Below are positions 20,544-31,668 of a stretch of 64,000 nt of DNA, one piece after another (positions within the stretch are counted from its first letter, which is position 1; each line of letters begins with the position of its first letter). The stretch comes from Bacteroidota bacterium (GTDB lineage: Bacteria; Bacteroidota; Bacteroidia; Flavobacteriales; Flavobacteriaceae), in contig JBDKFO010000002.1 in NCBI GenBank assembly GCA_039798665.1, positions 3,990-67,989 on the forward strand, given 5' to 3'. Below the pieces are notes generated by a model. That model saw only the letters and a program-made list of their open reading frames with translations. It searched no databases and was not told where the DNA came from. The position numbers and the translations under genes are program-made.

Positions 20544-23306
20544 ATGATGACAGCTACCTTCCTCGATCAACTTGCTCAGAAACTTGCCCAGGATTTCCAA
20601 AATGACTTTCAACAAACTGTAGTTGTATTGCCCAACAAGCGGGCCAAATTGTTTTTACTGGCGGCCTTACAAAAAAATCTATCGGCTCCGGTATTTGCAC
20701 CGCAGGTTATTAGTATCGAAGATTTTGTCCAAACCCTGTCGGGCTTGCAAACCGCTGATCCAATTACCCAGTTGTTTGAGTTTTATGAGGTGTATTGCCA
20801 CATGAGCACGGCACCGCAGTCGTTTGAATTGTTTGCCAACTGGGCCAAAACTTTATTGCAAGATTTTAATGAAATAGACCGTTATTTATTAAATCCCCAA
20901 CATGTGCTTTCTTATATCAAAGACATCGAAGACATCAAACGCTGGGGAGTTGAGGTAGCCGATAAAACCCAACTATTAGAAAAATACGTCGATTTTTGGA
21001 AACTTTTGCCGGGTTATTACGATGCGCTTTATGCCCATTTATTGGCAAAGGGCATGGGGTATCAAGGCATGATCTACCGGGAAGCTGTAACGAATATTGA
21101 CAATTTTTGCACCGCGAACTCTCATAAAACTTTCGTGTTTGCTGGATTTAATGCTTTGAATGCAGCCGAAGAAAAAATCATACAAATAGTATTAAACCAA
21201 GATCTCGCCAAGGTATATTGGGATGCTGATAGAACCTTCTTGGATGATCCACTGCACGATGCCGGCTTGTTTCTGCGTCGTTACAAAGCCACCTGGCCGT
21301 ACTATAAAACCCATCCGTTTGAATGGATCGGCGATCGTTTTGCCCAACCCAAAACCATTCGTTGCATTGGCACACCCAAAACCATCGGACAAGCAAAAAT
21401 TGCCGGCACTATTTTGGAAACCCTTTTGGCCGAAAATCCGCAAACGCCACTCGAAAAAATAGCGGTGGTATTGGCTGAGGAACAGCTGCTCGTTCCGCTG
21501 CTGTATGCCCTACCCAACGAATTGAGCTCTCTGAATGTCACCATGGGTTATTCAAGCAAAAACAATCCGGCACAATTGTTATTGGGCCTTTTGTTTAAAA
21601 TGCACCTGCATGCACAGGCCAGAAGCGGAAACTCGTATGTGTTCTACTACAAAGATGTCTTGGCGGTGCTTACCCATCCACTCGTTGCTTCTTATGTGCA
21701 AGCCAGCGAGTTGGTTTATACGATTCAGTCCTATAATTACACCTTTATCAGCCACCAAAAACTGCAAGAATTACATCCCCAAGCCACAGCGCTTTTTAGC
21801 TTGCTTTTTGATAAATGGGATAATACAGCCTTACCTGTTTTAGAGCGTTTAGCTCATATTTTGGTGCACATTAAAGACAACCTAAGTACCCAAAAAGAAG
21901 ACGAGAAATTGGCCCAAACCTTTTTGTACAGTTTGTACAAAGTAATCAACCGACTTACGCAGTATTTTACCACCTATTCAATTGCCCAAGAGTTAAGCAC
22001 CTTGCATGCGGTGTACAAACAAATCATTGATTTGGCCGAAGTTTCATTTGAGGGCGAACCCTTGCAAGGGCTGCAAATTATGGGGGTATTAGAAAGCCGG
22101 GTGCTTGATTTTGAGACCGTGATTGTACTCTCGGTTAATGAAGGAAAATTCCCCGCCGGAAAAGCCAACAACTCTTTTATACCCTATGACGTGAAGCGGG
22201 AATTGGGCTTGCCCACCTTTAAAGAAAAAGACGCCATTTATACCTATCATTTTTACCATTTGTTGCAACGGGCCAAACAAGTTTTTTTATTGTACAACAC
22301 CGAAAGTGAAGGGCTCGATGCCGGAGAAATGAGCCGTTTTATCACACAAATGGAAGTAGAACGTCCGGCTAGCCATATTTTTACCAAAGAAATTCACAAT
22401 CCGCTTGTACCCACTAGCCCAGTTGCCTTGCAGGTAATCCCTAAAACGGCTGCTGTGATGCTTCGGTTACAGGAAATTGCCGAGGCAGGATTTTCTCCTT
22501 CTTCATTTAGCAGCTACATTCGAAATCCGATTGCCTTTTATTTTCAAAAAATACTACGCATCCGAGAAACCGAAGAAGTTGAAGAGACAGTTGCCTTAAA
22601 CACCTTGGGTACCATTATACACGAGAGTCTTTATGAATTGTACACGCCGTTTGTAGGCAAATTTTTATCAGAACACGAAGTGAACGCTTGTTTTTCGCAA
22701 ATTGAAGCCGTAGTGACCAAGCAGTTTAAAGCGGTGTACAAAGAAGGCGAAATCAAAAAAGGCCGCAACCTCTTGGCTTTTGAAGTGGCCAAACGCAACG
22801 TCCATAATTTTTTAACCTACGAAATGACCCAACTCAAAAAAGGGGATGCGGTTCAAATTTTGGCTTTAGAAACTAAATTATCCCGCACACTAACGCATCC
22901 TAGTTTGCCTTGCGAGGTGGTGTTAAGCGGAAACGTAGATCGAGTTGAATCGCGCAATGGCGTGGTGCGCATCATTGATTACAAAACCGGAAAAGTAGAA
23001 AAGAAAAACTTGGTACTCAAAACCTGGAAAGGTCTCACGCAAGAGATTGCCAACGACAAAATTATTCAAGTGTTGGCCTATGCCTATATGTATTCAGCTA
23101 CGTTTACCGAACCACAATTGGAAGCTGGGATTATCTCGTTTAAAAATCTGAAAGAAGGATTTATGCCGTTTACCATCAAAACAGATCAAGGCAGTACAGC
23201 CCAAATACAGCAAGCGCAGTTGGATGAATTTGTAGAACAAATCGTGTTGTTGTTGGTAGAGTTGTTTGACCCGGCAATTCCGTTTACAGAGAAAAAACCA
23301 GTTTAA
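20544..23306 (+). CDS. PD-(D/E)XK nuclease with inactive helicase scaffold (AddB-like)
   Basis: VVVLPNKRA, LQIMGVLESR, SPSSFSSYIRNP, GTIIHE and GNVDRVE...IIDYKTG; no Walker A. Start ATG 20544. Confidence 0.85.
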   Translation: MMTATFLDQLAQKLAQDFQNDFQQTVVVLPNKRAKLFLLAALQKNLSAPVFAPQVISIEDFVQTLSGLQTADPITQLFEFYEVYCHMSTAPQSFELFANWAKTLLQDFNEIDRYLLNPQHVLSYIKDIEDIKRWGVEVADKTQLLEKYVDFWKLLPGYYDALYAHLLAKGMGYQGMIYREAVTNIDNFCTANSHKTFVFAGFNALNAAEEKIIQIVLNQDLAKVYWDADRTFLDDPLHDAGLFLRRYKATWPYYKTHPFEWIGDRFAQPKTIRCIGTPKTIGQAKIAGTILETLLAENPQTPLEKIAVVLAEEQLLVPLLYALPNELSSLNVTMGYSSKNNPAQLLLGLLFKMHLHAQARSGNSYVFYYKDVLAVLTHPLVASYVQASELVYTIQSYNYTFISHQKLQELHPQATALFSLLFDKWDNTALPVLERLAHILVHIKDNLSTQKEDEKLAQTFLYSLYKVINRLTQYFTTYSIAQELSTLHAVYKQIIDLAEVSFEGEPLQGLQIMGVLESRVLDFETVIVLSVNEGKFPAGKANNSFIPYDVKRELGLPTFKEKDAIYTYHFYHLLQRAKQVFLLYNTESEGLDAGEMSRFITQMEVERPASHIFTKEIHNPLVPTSPVALQVIPKTAAVMLRLQEIAEAGFSPSSFSSYIRNPIAFYFQKILRIRETEEVEETVALNTLGTIIHESLYELYTPFVGKFLSEHEVNACFSQIEAVVTKQFKAVYKEGEIKKGRNLLAFEVAKRNVHNFLTYEMTQLKKGDAVQILALETKLSRTLTHPSLPCEVVLSGNVDRVESRNGVVRIIDYKTGKVEKKNLVLKTWKGLTQEIANDKIIQVLAYAYMYSATFTEPQLEAGIISFKNLKEGFMPFTIKTDQGSTAQIQQAQLDEFVEQIVLLLVELFDPAIPFTEKKPV

Positions 23307-24097
23307 ATACGTTTAAAAAAAGCGCTTAATGCCGCGATCAATTCTTCGGTATTTTCTAGGTGGCTCATGTGTCCTCCGTCAAAATGCACTAACTGGGTTT
23401 GGCTCAGTTCTACCTGATCTTTGCTGGTTTCAAAAGGCAATACGGGATCTTGCGTGCCCAATATGAGTAGCATCGGAAATGGCGCAAAATGCAACAATAC
23501 TTCCCGGTCTTTCCTGATTTTCATGCCTTCGAGTGCCGCAATAATGCCTTGTAAGGGAGTAGCTAGAGCCTCCTTTTTTATTCGTTCAATAGTAGCAGTC
23601 AATCGCTCCCGATGGGTTTCGCTAAACAAATTGGCAATGGACAGATTTATAAATAACTGATGGTCTTTTTTGACGGCCTTAATTGCTCGATCTCGATTAA
23701 GTTTACGTTCCTTAGTATCAGCTCGAGCGGTTGAATTGAGCAAGACAAGCCCTTTGAGTACTTCGGGATAGGCTTCGGCTAGGGCCAAGGCCACATACCC
23801 GCCCATTGAATGGCCCACAACAATTGCTTTTCTGATACGCAACTGTGTCAACAATTCGTGCACCAAATCGGCTTGGTCTTCCATGCTGTGCACATACCCC
23901 AAGCAGCCGCTGTTTCCGTGACCCAATAAATCGAGTGTAATTACACGATACTTTTGCTCATAAACCGCAACGAGTTCAGTCCACATGCCTTGATTTTCTA
24001 AAAAACCATGCAACAATACAAGCGCACTTCCTTTGCCCGAATCGGTATAGGAGATGGGGGTATTTTTATAGGAAAAGTGGGTTGGAGTTGGCGTCAT
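23303..24097 (-). CDS. Alpha/beta hydrolase
   Basis: LLHGFLE oxyanion motif, GHSMGG nucleophile elbow, GGHMSH. Confidence 0.92.
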   Translation of the reverse strand: MTPTPTHFSYKNTPISYTDSGKGSALVLLHGFLENQGMWTELVAVYEQKYRVITLDLLGHGNSGCLGYVHSMEDQADLVHELLTQLRIRKAIVVGHSMGGYVALALAEAYPEVLKGLVLLNSTARADTKERKLNRDRAIKAVKKDHQLFINLSIANLFSETHRERLTATIERIKKEALATPLQGIIAALEGMKIRKDREVLLHFAPFPMLLILGTQDPVLPFETSKDQVELSQTQLVHFDGGHMSHLENTEELIAALSAFFKRI

Positions 24098-24153
24098 AAA
24101 ACTAAAAAACGACTCACCGCAGCAAGTCGTTTGGGCTATAGATTTCGAATAAA

Positions 24154-25446
24154 TTAAGCGTTCATCAGGCTTTCAATTTCGTCAATTTCAATAGGAATAT
24201 CGCGCATCAAATTGAACGGCTCGCCTTGCGCTTGCACTACTACATTGTCTTCCAGTCGGATGCCAAAACCTTCGGCAGGAATATAAATTCCGGGCTCTAC
24301 TGTAAACACCATATTGGCTTCAATCGGCTTGTGCAACAAACCATAATCGTGGGTGTCTAATCCCATATGGTGCGAAGTGCCGTGCATAAAATATTTTTTA
24401 TAGGCTGGCCATTCTGGGTTTTCATTTTGCACATCGGCTTTGTCAATTAAGCCTAAACCGAGTAATTCGGCAGTCATGATTTTACCTACCTCTTGGTGGT
24501 AATTTTTCCAAAATTCACCTGGCACCAACAATTTAGTGGCTTCATTTTTTACGCGTAAAACCGCATTGTATACTGCCTTTTGTCGTGGCGTAAATGTACC
24601 CGAAACCGGAATGGTGCGCGTCATGTCACTCGAATAATTGGCGTATTCGGCGGCTACATCAAGCAACAACAAATCACCGGCTTTACACGCTTGGTTGTTC
24701 TCTATATAATGCAACACATTGGCGTTATTTCCCGAGGCGATAATGGGGGTATAGGCAAATCCTTTGGAGCGGTTGCGTACAAATTCATGGATCAATTCGG
24801 CTTCAATTTCATACTCCATCACGCCGGGTTTTACAAACGGCAATAAGCGACGAAATCCTTTGTTGGTAATATCACAGGCCTGTTGAATTAGGGCGATTTC
24901 TTCGGCCTCTTTAATAGAACGAATGTGTTGCAAAATCGGATTGCTTTTGGCCACTTGGTGCGCCGGATATTGCGCTTTCCACCATTTTACAAAACGGGCT
25001 TCTCGGGTTTCGGTAGTCACCGATTGGCGGTAGTGCTCATTGGTATTTACGTAGATGGTGTCGCAATAGGTCATCAACTCAAACAAGATTTTTTCAAAAT
25101 CCTGCAACCAATACACCGTTTTTACACCCGATACATCGAAGGCTTTTTCTTTGGTTAATTTTTCGCCTTCCCAAATGGCAATGTGTTCACTGGTTTCTTT
25201 CAAAAACAGGATTTCTTTTTGATGCGCATAAGGTGCGTCGGGGAATAATAATAGGATGCTTTCTTCTTGGTCAACGCCCGATAAGTAAAAGATATCACGG
25301 TGTTGCGCAAAGGGCAAGGTACTGTCGGCCGAAACCGGATAGATGTCGTTGGAGTTAAAAACCGCCACGCTGTTTGGCTTCATTTGGGCCGTAAATTTGG
25401 CGCGGTTTTTTATAAATAACTGACGGTCGAGTTGATGGTATTTCAT
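24154..25446 (-). CDS. pepP: Xaa-Pro aminopeptidase (M24B)
   Basis: AMP_N domain; LHY, DVAAEY...SDMTRT, HGTSHHMGLDTHD, TVEPGIY and GIRLED metal-binding motifs. Confidence 0.9.
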   Translation of the reverse strand: MKYHQLDRQLFIKNRAKFTAQMKPNSVAVFNSNDIYPVSADSTLPFAQHRDIFYLSGVDQEESILLLFPDAPYAHQKEILFLKETSEHIAIWEGEKLTKEKAFDVSGVKTVYWLQDFEKILFELMTYCDTIYVNTNEHYRQSVTTETREARFVKWWKAQYPAHQVAKSNPILQHIRSIKEAEEIALIQQACDITNKGFRRLLPFVKPGVMEYEIEAELIHEFVRNRSKGFAYTPIIASGNNANVLHYIENNQACKAGDLLLLDVAAEYANYSSDMTRTIPVSGTFTPRQKAVYNAVLRVKNEATKLLVPGEFWKNYHQEVGKIMTAELLGLGLIDKADVQNENPEWPAYKKYFMHGTSHHMGLDTHDYGLLHKPIEANMVFTVEPGIYIPAEGFGIRLEDNVVVQAQGEPFNLMRDIPIEIDEIESLMNA

Positions 25447-25471
25447 GTAAACTGCAATTTAGTCCACAAAT

Positions 25472-26833
25472 CTAATCAATCCATTTGTAATATCGCGCAC
25501 CAATAAGATTTGGAATTTCGGATTCAATGCGGTCCAATATCCATTCGTGTTTGGGCATACGTACGGCCGTTTTTTGTTCTTTTTTGTGTAATTTTTCGTA
25601 GGTGTCAAAGTCAATTTCTTGGCTGTTGGCCAACACCGTAAACAGCTGTGATTTTTCAATTTGTGCTTCCCAGCTGTCCTGAATCACACCCTCAAACACT
25701 TTTGATTTGGAGCCGCTGCCGTAGGCCATAAACCCAAATTTTTTATCACTGATTTTGTCGCCTCGCAATTGGGCTTGGGTTAGCGCAGAAAGTAAGCCCA
25801 TAAAAATAGAGCCTGTGTATAAATTCCCAATGAGCGAAGAGGCTTGTTCGGCGTCCTGCAATTTTTCGGATACAAATTGTTTGTAGGCCTCAGATTTACT
25901 TACTTCTTTGAGTTTATTTTGGTAATCGGCTCCCGATTCTGTTCCGTTTAAAAGCGGTTCGGCTGCGTCCAGGGCATATATTTCGCTCAACATGCGTCGG
26001 CCTTGAAAGGCATAAGGCAAATGCATAATAATTTGCGACCAACGGTTATATGCCGAATCCGAAATTCCCGCTTTGGTTTTAAAGGCAAAATAGGCCGCTT
26101 TCGTTCTATCCATGTAACATTGGTTGGAATATTGGCCATCAAAAACCGGTTGGTCTTTGTGTATTTCGATTTCGGCCTCGAGTTGACCCAACCAAGGTTC
26201 GTTGTGGTCGTTGCCGGTAATTTCTTTTTTGGAAAGGCTGCGGTAGGGCTTAAAAAAATCAAACACGCCTTTGCTACTGGTGGCCCAATTGGCGTCAAAG
26301 GCTATAATGCGTGGGTTGGCGGCAATTAATAAAGCAGTGGCTCCGGCTCCTTGGGTATATTCGCCGGTTGATTCTAAATCGTATTTAGCCAGATCGGTGG
26401 TAACCACAATTGCTTTTTGGCTGGGGTTGAGTCGCACAAAATCCAAACAGTTTTGCAGGGCATCTACTCCGCCTATGCAGGCAAAAGTAAAGTCAACCAC
26501 ATCGCAATGCGAAAGGCAATCGGCCCCAAATTTTTGCTCCATCAATTGAATCAAAAAAGAGGCAATGGGTTTGGAACTGTCGATGCTGCTTTCGGTGCCC
26601 ACATAGATGCGTGCCACTTCAGCTAAATCTACCTCGTTTTGCTCGATGAGTTTCGTCAAAGCATTGGCGCCAAAAACGATCGGATCTTGATAGACATCGG
26701 GCAGGGTCATCTTAAGTAAACCCAAACCTTTTTCTAGTTTTTCGGCTTCAATATTTCGTTGAGCTGCCAAGCTCGCAATGGGTAAATGCAAAGGGGCTAC
26801 GTCAAAGGCAAGGGCATCAATTCCAGGATTCAT
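25472..26833 (-). CDS. Hydroxymethylglutaryl-CoA synthase family protein
   Basis: MNPGIDAL, VGTESSIDSSK, FACIGG catalytic Cys, EYTQGAGA, MHLPY, GNLYTGS, YGSGS. Start ATG 26833. Confidence 0.88.
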   Translation of the reverse strand: MNPGIDALAFDVAPLHLPIASLAAQRNIEAEKLEKGLGLLKMTLPDVYQDPIVFGANALTKLIEQNEVDLAEVARIYVGTESSIDSSKPIASFLIQLMEQKFGADCLSHCDVVDFTFACIGGVDALQNCLDFVRLNPSQKAIVVTTDLAKYDLESTGEYTQGAGATALLIAANPRIIAFDANWATSSKGVFDFFKPYRSLSKKEITGNDHNEPWLGQLEAEIEIHKDQPVFDGQYSNQCYMDRTKAAYFAFKTKAGISDSAYNRWSQIIMHLPYAFQGRRMLSEIYALDAAEPLLNGTESGADYQNKLKEVSKSEAYKQFVSEKLQDAEQASSLIGNLYTGSIFMGLLSALTQAQLRGDKISDKKFGFMAYGSGSKSKVFEGVIQDSWEAQIEKSQLFTVLANSQEIDFDTYEKLHKKEQKTAVRMPKHEWILDRIESEIPNLIGARYYKWID

Positions 26834-27024
26834 AGGGCTAAATTTTAAGCTCGTAAAATTACAATTAACCAATTTATTTTCAGTGCATTTGAGTTTGAAA
26901 TCAATCGACTTCCTCATTTTTATTAAATTCTAAAAATATAGCCACCAATTTTATCAAATTCTTAAATAGCACCCAGATGGCCCGCAATAATTGTATAAAT
27001 TAGCTTCCTTAAAAATTTTACTTC

Positions 27025-27870
27025 ATGCGTTTGTTATTGGTTTGTTTATTGAGTCCTTTTTTGTTGTTAGCTCAGGAAAAATGTCCCTATGCCGTTTTTA
27101 CTAAATCGGGCAAAAAAACGAGTTATGCCAAGCTGTTGCATCAGGCAATTAAAAGCGAAGTGGTCTTGTTTGGCGAATACCACGACAATTCGGTGGTGCA
27201 TTGGCTGGAATTGGAATTGGCAAAAGATTTATCAAGCACAACTTTACTTACCTTGGGCGCCGAGATGGTTGAAGCCGATAACCAGGCGCAACTCAACGCC
27301 TATTTGGTGGGAACAATCAACCAAAAACAACTGGACAGCACCGCGCGTTTGTGGCCTAACCATAAAACCGATTACAAGCCCTTGGTCGATTGGGCCAAAG
27401 AAAAAAAGCTGTCTTTTGTTGCAACCAATGTGCCTAGAAAATACGGCAGTTTGGTCTACAAAAAAGGCCTAGAGGCTTTACTGGATTTAACCGAACAAGA
27501 AAAATCATGGATGGCGCCTTTGCCCATTTATTATGATGCCAGTTTACCCGGGTATGCCAGTATGTTGGCCGAAATGGGCGGTCATGGCGGAGAAAATCTG
27601 CCCAAAGCTCAAGCCATTAAAGACGCGACCATGGCCTATTTTATAAGTAAAAACCTGCCCGCAAAGGGGGTGTTTTTGCATTATAACGGAACCTACCACA
27701 GTGATAATTTTGAAGGGATTGGCTTTTATCTAAAACGCAGCAATCCCAATCTTCATCTGCTCACAATTGCCACCGTAACGCAAGCTGATTTGAATGCCTT
27801 GGCTCCCGAAAATGTATCTAAAGCTGATTTTATTTTGGTCATCGACGAAGACGTCACCAAAACCTATTGA
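27025..27870 (+). CDS. ChaN-family (haem-uptake/Tiki-like) periplasmic protein
   Basis: VVLFGEYHDN, LGAEM, ATNVPR, QAIKDATMA and NGTYHS motifs. Confidence 0.8.
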   Translation: MRLLLVCLLSPFLLLAQEKCPYAVFTKSGKKTSYAKLLHQAIKSEVVLFGEYHDNSVVHWLELELAKDLSSTTLLTLGAEMVEADNQAQLNAYLVGTINQKQLDSTARLWPNHKTDYKPLVDWAKEKKLSFVATNVPRKYGSLVYKKGLEALLDLTEQEKSWMAPLPIYYDASLPGYASMLAEMGGHGGENLPKAQAIKDATMAYFISKNLPAKGVFLHYNGTYHSDNFEGIGFYLKRSNPNLHLLTIATVTQADLNALAPENVSKADFILVIDEDVTKTY

Positions 27871-28053
27871 TTTTTTCTGTTTTTTGTTTACTATGTAAAA
27901 TTGTATAACATCTTGTATTTCAAGGTGTAAAATCTGCTTTATTTGAAAATTCATAAACATTTTAAAATCATTATAAATTAGATAAAAAGGGTTGCGGGTC
28001 ATGGTAAGATGACGTATTTTTGTTTGATTTTTTAAACAATTCATACACATCTT

Positions 28054-28716
28054 ATGGCAAATACGGCATTACAGTCATCCATTGGAAAAAAAGTCGCCAT
28101 GGCACTTTCGGGACTTTTCTTAATCTCCTTTTTATCTCTGCATTTCTTCATCAATTTGATGTCGGTTTTTAGCGCAGAAACCTTCAACGAAATGTCCCAT
28201 TTTATGGGTTACAATCCAATTATTCAATTTGTAATGCAGCCCATCTTAGTGGCTGGAGTGGTGTTTCACTTCGTGATGGGTTTTGTATTGGAATTAAAAA
28301 ACCGCAACGCACGACCGCAAGGCTATGCCAAATACAATGGTGCAGCCAATGCGTCTTGGGCCTCTCGCAACATGATTATTTCAGGAATTGTAGTGTTGGC
28401 TTTCTTGGGCTTACATTTTTATGATTTCTGGGTACATGAAATAACGTACAAGTACATTGAACAAGCTCCCGTAGAAACCGATCGTTATTTTGCCGAGTTG
28501 GTTGCTAAATTTCAAAATCCCATGCGTGTAGGCATTTACAGTTTGTGTTTTGTCTTGCTTGCAGTGCATTTGTGGCACGGATTTACCTCTTCGTTTCAAT
28601 CGGTAGGATTCAACAATAAATATTCAAAATCAATCCAAAAATTAGGGTATGCTTTCGCGATTGTTGTTCCATTTGGATTTGTTTTTATTGCATTGTTTCA
28701 TTTTTTTAATCAGTAA
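28054..28716 (+). CDS. sdhC: Succinate dehydrogenase/fumarate reductase cytochrome b subunit
   Basis: [13 protein letters not shown]; five hydrophobic helices with haem-ligand His residues; first gene of the sdh operon. Confidence 0.92.
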   Translation: MANTALQSSIGKKVAMALSGLFLISFLSLHFFINLMSVFSAETFNEMSHFMGYNPIIQFVMQPILVAGVVFHFVMGFVLELKNRNARPQGYAKYNGAANASWASRNMIISGIVVLAFLGLHFYDFWVHEITYKYIEQAPVETDRYFAELVAKFQNPMRVGIYSLCFVLLAVHLWHGFTSSFQSVGFNNKYSKSIQKLGYAFAIVVPFGFVFIALFHFFNQ

Positions 28717-28727
28717 CAGTTTCGAGT

Positions 28728-30737
28728 ATGAAATTAGATTCTAAAATACCTCAAGGCCCGCTATCAGAAAAATGGACCGCTTATAAAGATCACTTAAAAT
28801 TAGTAGCACCCAATAACCGCCCCAAAATTGATATTATTGTGGTAGGTACTGGATTGGCAGGCGCTTCGGCTGCTGCTTCTTTGGGCGAAATGGGCTACAA
28901 TGTAAAAGCATTTTGCTTTCAAGATTCTCCTAGACGTGCGCATTCTATTGCCGCACAAGGAGGAATCAATGCTGCAAAAAATTACCAAAATGACGGCGAT
29001 AGTACGTATCGCTTGTTTTACGATACTATCAAAGGGGGCGATTACCGTGCCCGTGAAGCCAACGTACACCGTTTGGCCGAAGTGTCGAGCAATATCATTG
29101 ACCAATGTGTGGCACAAGGGGTTCCTTTTGCCCGTGATTACGGCGGATTGTTAGACAACCGTTCATTTGGCGGAACCCAAGTACAACGTACTTTTTATGC
29201 CGCAGGACAAACGGGCCAACAGTTGTTGTTGGGCGCTTACTCGGCCTTGTCTAGACAAGTAGGGTTGGGACGCGTAGAGATGTTTACCCGACATGAAATG
29301 TTGGATTTAGTTAAAGTAGACGGCAAAGCCCGTGGAATTATAGCCCGTAATTTAGTTACTGGAGAATTGGAGCGTCATTCAGCACATGCTGTGATCATTG
29401 CATCAGGAGGATATGGAAATGTGTATTTCCTTTCTACGAATGCCATGGGAAGCAACGTAACTGCTGGCTGGAAAGTACACAAACAAGGGGCCGCTTTTGC
29501 CAATCCGTGTTTTGTGCAGATTCACCCAACCTGTATTCCAGTACACGGAACTAATCAAGCCAAATTGACTTTGATGTCGGAGTCCCTTCGTAATTCGGGT
29601 CGTATTTGGGTACCCAAGAAAAAAGAAGATGCCGAGGCCATTCGTGCAGGTAAATTAAAACCAACCCAATTGGCTGCTGAGGATCGCGATTATTTTTTAG
29701 AGCGCAAATACCCAGCTTTTGGAAACTTAGTACCGCGTGACGTAGCCTCAAGAGCGGCCAAAGAAGTGTGTGACGAAGGACGAGGAATTGAAGCTAACGA
29801 TACCAACGAAGGCGTGTATTTGGATTTCTCAACTGAGATCCAAAACAAAGGAAAACAAGCCGCTTACGCCAAAGGAAATCACCACCCATCAGCCGAAGAA
29901 ATTACAGCCTTAGGCAAACAGTGGTTGAAAGAAAAGTATGGCAACTTGTTTACCATGTACCAAAAAATCACCGATGAAAATCCGTACGAAACCCCAATGA
30001 AAATTTACCCTGCGGTGCATTATACTATGGGTGGTGTTTGGGTGGATTACAACTTACAATCTACTATTCCAGGTTGTTTTGTGGCAGGAGAAGCCAACTT
30101 CTCTGACCACGGAGCCAACCGTTTGGGTGCCTCTGCTTTGATGCAAGGATTAGCCGACGGTTATTTTGTGTTGCCATACACCGTTTCAGATTATTTGGCG
30201 GATGAAATTCGCACCGGTAAAATATCTACCGATTTGCCTGAATTTACAGAAGCCGAAAACCGAGTAAAATCGACCATTGAAAAATTCTTGTCCAATAAAG
30301 GAACCAAATCAGTAGACCATTTTCACAAACGCTTGGGCCGCATCATGTGGAACAAAGTAGGAATGGGCAGAAACGAAGCCGGTCTAAAAGAGGCAATTGC
30401 TGAAATTGCTGCGTTGAAAGAAGAATTTTTCAAAGACGTATATGTTCCAGGAAGTGCCGATGAGGTAAACCAAGAATTAGAAAAAGCACTTCGTGTGGCT
30501 GATTTTATTGATTTGGGGCAATTGATGGCGAAGGATGCCTTGCAGCGCAACGAATCGTGTGGAGGTCACTTCCGCGAAGAGTACCAAGACGCCGAGGGTG
30601 AAACCTTGCGTGACGACGAAAACTTCAAGTTTGTGGGCGCTTGGGAATACCAAGGCGATGACATCAACAATGAGGTATTACACAAGGAAGCATTGGATTA
30701 TGAATTTATCAAAATAGCAGCGAGAAATTATAAATAA
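28728..30737 (+). CDS. sdhA: Succinate dehydrogenase/fumarate reductase flavoprotein
   Basis: [42 protein letters not shown]. Confidence 0.96.
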   Translation: MKLDSKIPQGPLSEKWTAYKDHLKLVAPNNRPKIDIIVVGTGLAGASAAASLGEMGYNVKAFCFQDSPRRAHSIAAQGGINAAKNYQNDGDSTYRLFYDTIKGGDYRAREANVHRLAEVSSNIIDQCVAQGVPFARDYGGLLDNRSFGGTQVQRTFYAAGQTGQQLLLGAYSALSRQVGLGRVEMFTRHEMLDLVKVDGKARGIIARNLVTGELERHSAHAVIIASGGYGNVYFLSTNAMGSNVTAGWKVHKQGAAFANPCFVQIHPTCIPVHGTNQAKLTLMSESLRNSGRIWVPKKKEDAEAIRAGKLKPTQLAAEDRDYFLERKYPAFGNLVPRDVASRAAKEVCDEGRGIEANDTNEGVYLDFSTEIQNKGKQAAYAKGNHHPSAEEITALGKQWLKEKYGNLFTMYQKITDENPYETPMKIYPAVHYTMGGVWVDYNLQSTIPGCFVAGEANFSDHGANRLGASALMQGLADGYFVLPYTVSDYLADEIRTGKISTDLPEFTEAENRVKSTIEKFLSNKGTKSVDHFHKRLGRIMWNKVGMGRNEAGLKEAIAEIAALKEEFFKDVYVPGSADEVNQELEKALRVADFIDLGQLMAKDALQRNESCGGHFREEYQDAEGETLRDDENFKFVGAWEYQGDDINNEVLHKEALDYEFIKIAARNYK

Positions 30738-30792
30738 AATAGGCATTAGGCATTAGCCAATAATGACTAGTAATTTACCTAAATATACACCC

Positions 30793-31554
30793 ATGAGTGC
30801 AGCAAAAAATATCAATATCAACCTTAAAATTTGGCGCCAGAAAAACGCGAAATCAAAAGGGAAAATGGAAACATACAAATTAGACAATGTTTCTACTGCC
30901 AGTTCATTTTTAGAAATGTTAGATCAATTGAACGAACAATTGATCAACGAGCAAAAAGAACCCATTGCCTTTGACCACGATTGCCGCGAGGGAATTTGCG
31001 GAATGTGTTCGTTATTCATTAACGGAAGAGCGCACGGACCAGATACCGGAGTTACTACCTGTCAATTGCATATGCGTATGTTTAACGATGGCGATACCAT
31101 TTATGTGGAACCTTGGAGAAGCCGTGCTTTTCCGGTGGTAAAAGACTTAATGGTTGACCGAAGTGCATTTGATCGTATCCAACAAGCGGGAGGATTTGTA
31201 TCAGTAAACACTTCTGGAAGAACCATTGATGCCAACGCCACTCCCATTCCAAAAAACGATGCAGACAAAGCGTTTGAAGCGGCAGCTTGCATTGGATGTG
31301 GAGCTTGTGTAGCGACTTGCAAAAACGGATCAGCCATGCTATTTGTGGGTGCCAAAGTTTCGCAATATGCATTGTTGCCTCAAGGAAAAGTAGAAGCTAC
31401 TAACCGCGTGTTAAACATGGTACGCCAAATGGACGAAGAAGGATTTGGAAACTGTACCAATACCGGTGCTTGCGAGATTGAATGTCCAAAAGGAATTTCT
31501 TTAGAAAACATTGCCCGCATGAACCGCGAGTACTTGAAAGCCAGCATCATCTAA
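30793..31554 (+). CDS. sdhB: Succinate dehydrogenase/fumarate reductase Fe-S subunit
   Basis: [20 protein letters not shown] and [12 protein letters not shown] clusters. Start ATG 30793. Confidence 0.95.
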   Translation: MSAAKNININLKIWRQKNAKSKGKMETYKLDNVSTASSFLEMLDQLNEQLINEQKEPIAFDHDCREGICGMCSLFINGRAHGPDTGVTTCQLHMRMFNDGDTIYVEPWRSRAFPVVKDLMVDRSAFDRIQQAGGFVSVNTSGRTIDANATPIPKNDADKAFEAAACIGCGACVATCKNGSAMLFVGAKVSQYALLPQGKVEATNRVLNMVRQMDEEGFGNCTNTGACEIECPKGISLENIARMNREYLKASII

Positions 31555-31668
31555 TACATCAGAATTTAATTCTACGAATATAAAAACGTGTCCTCAACCG
31601 GATGCGTTTTTTTATTTGGTAAAGTCAAATCCATTATATTTACAAGACGCTAATTAGTTTGCACGCAC

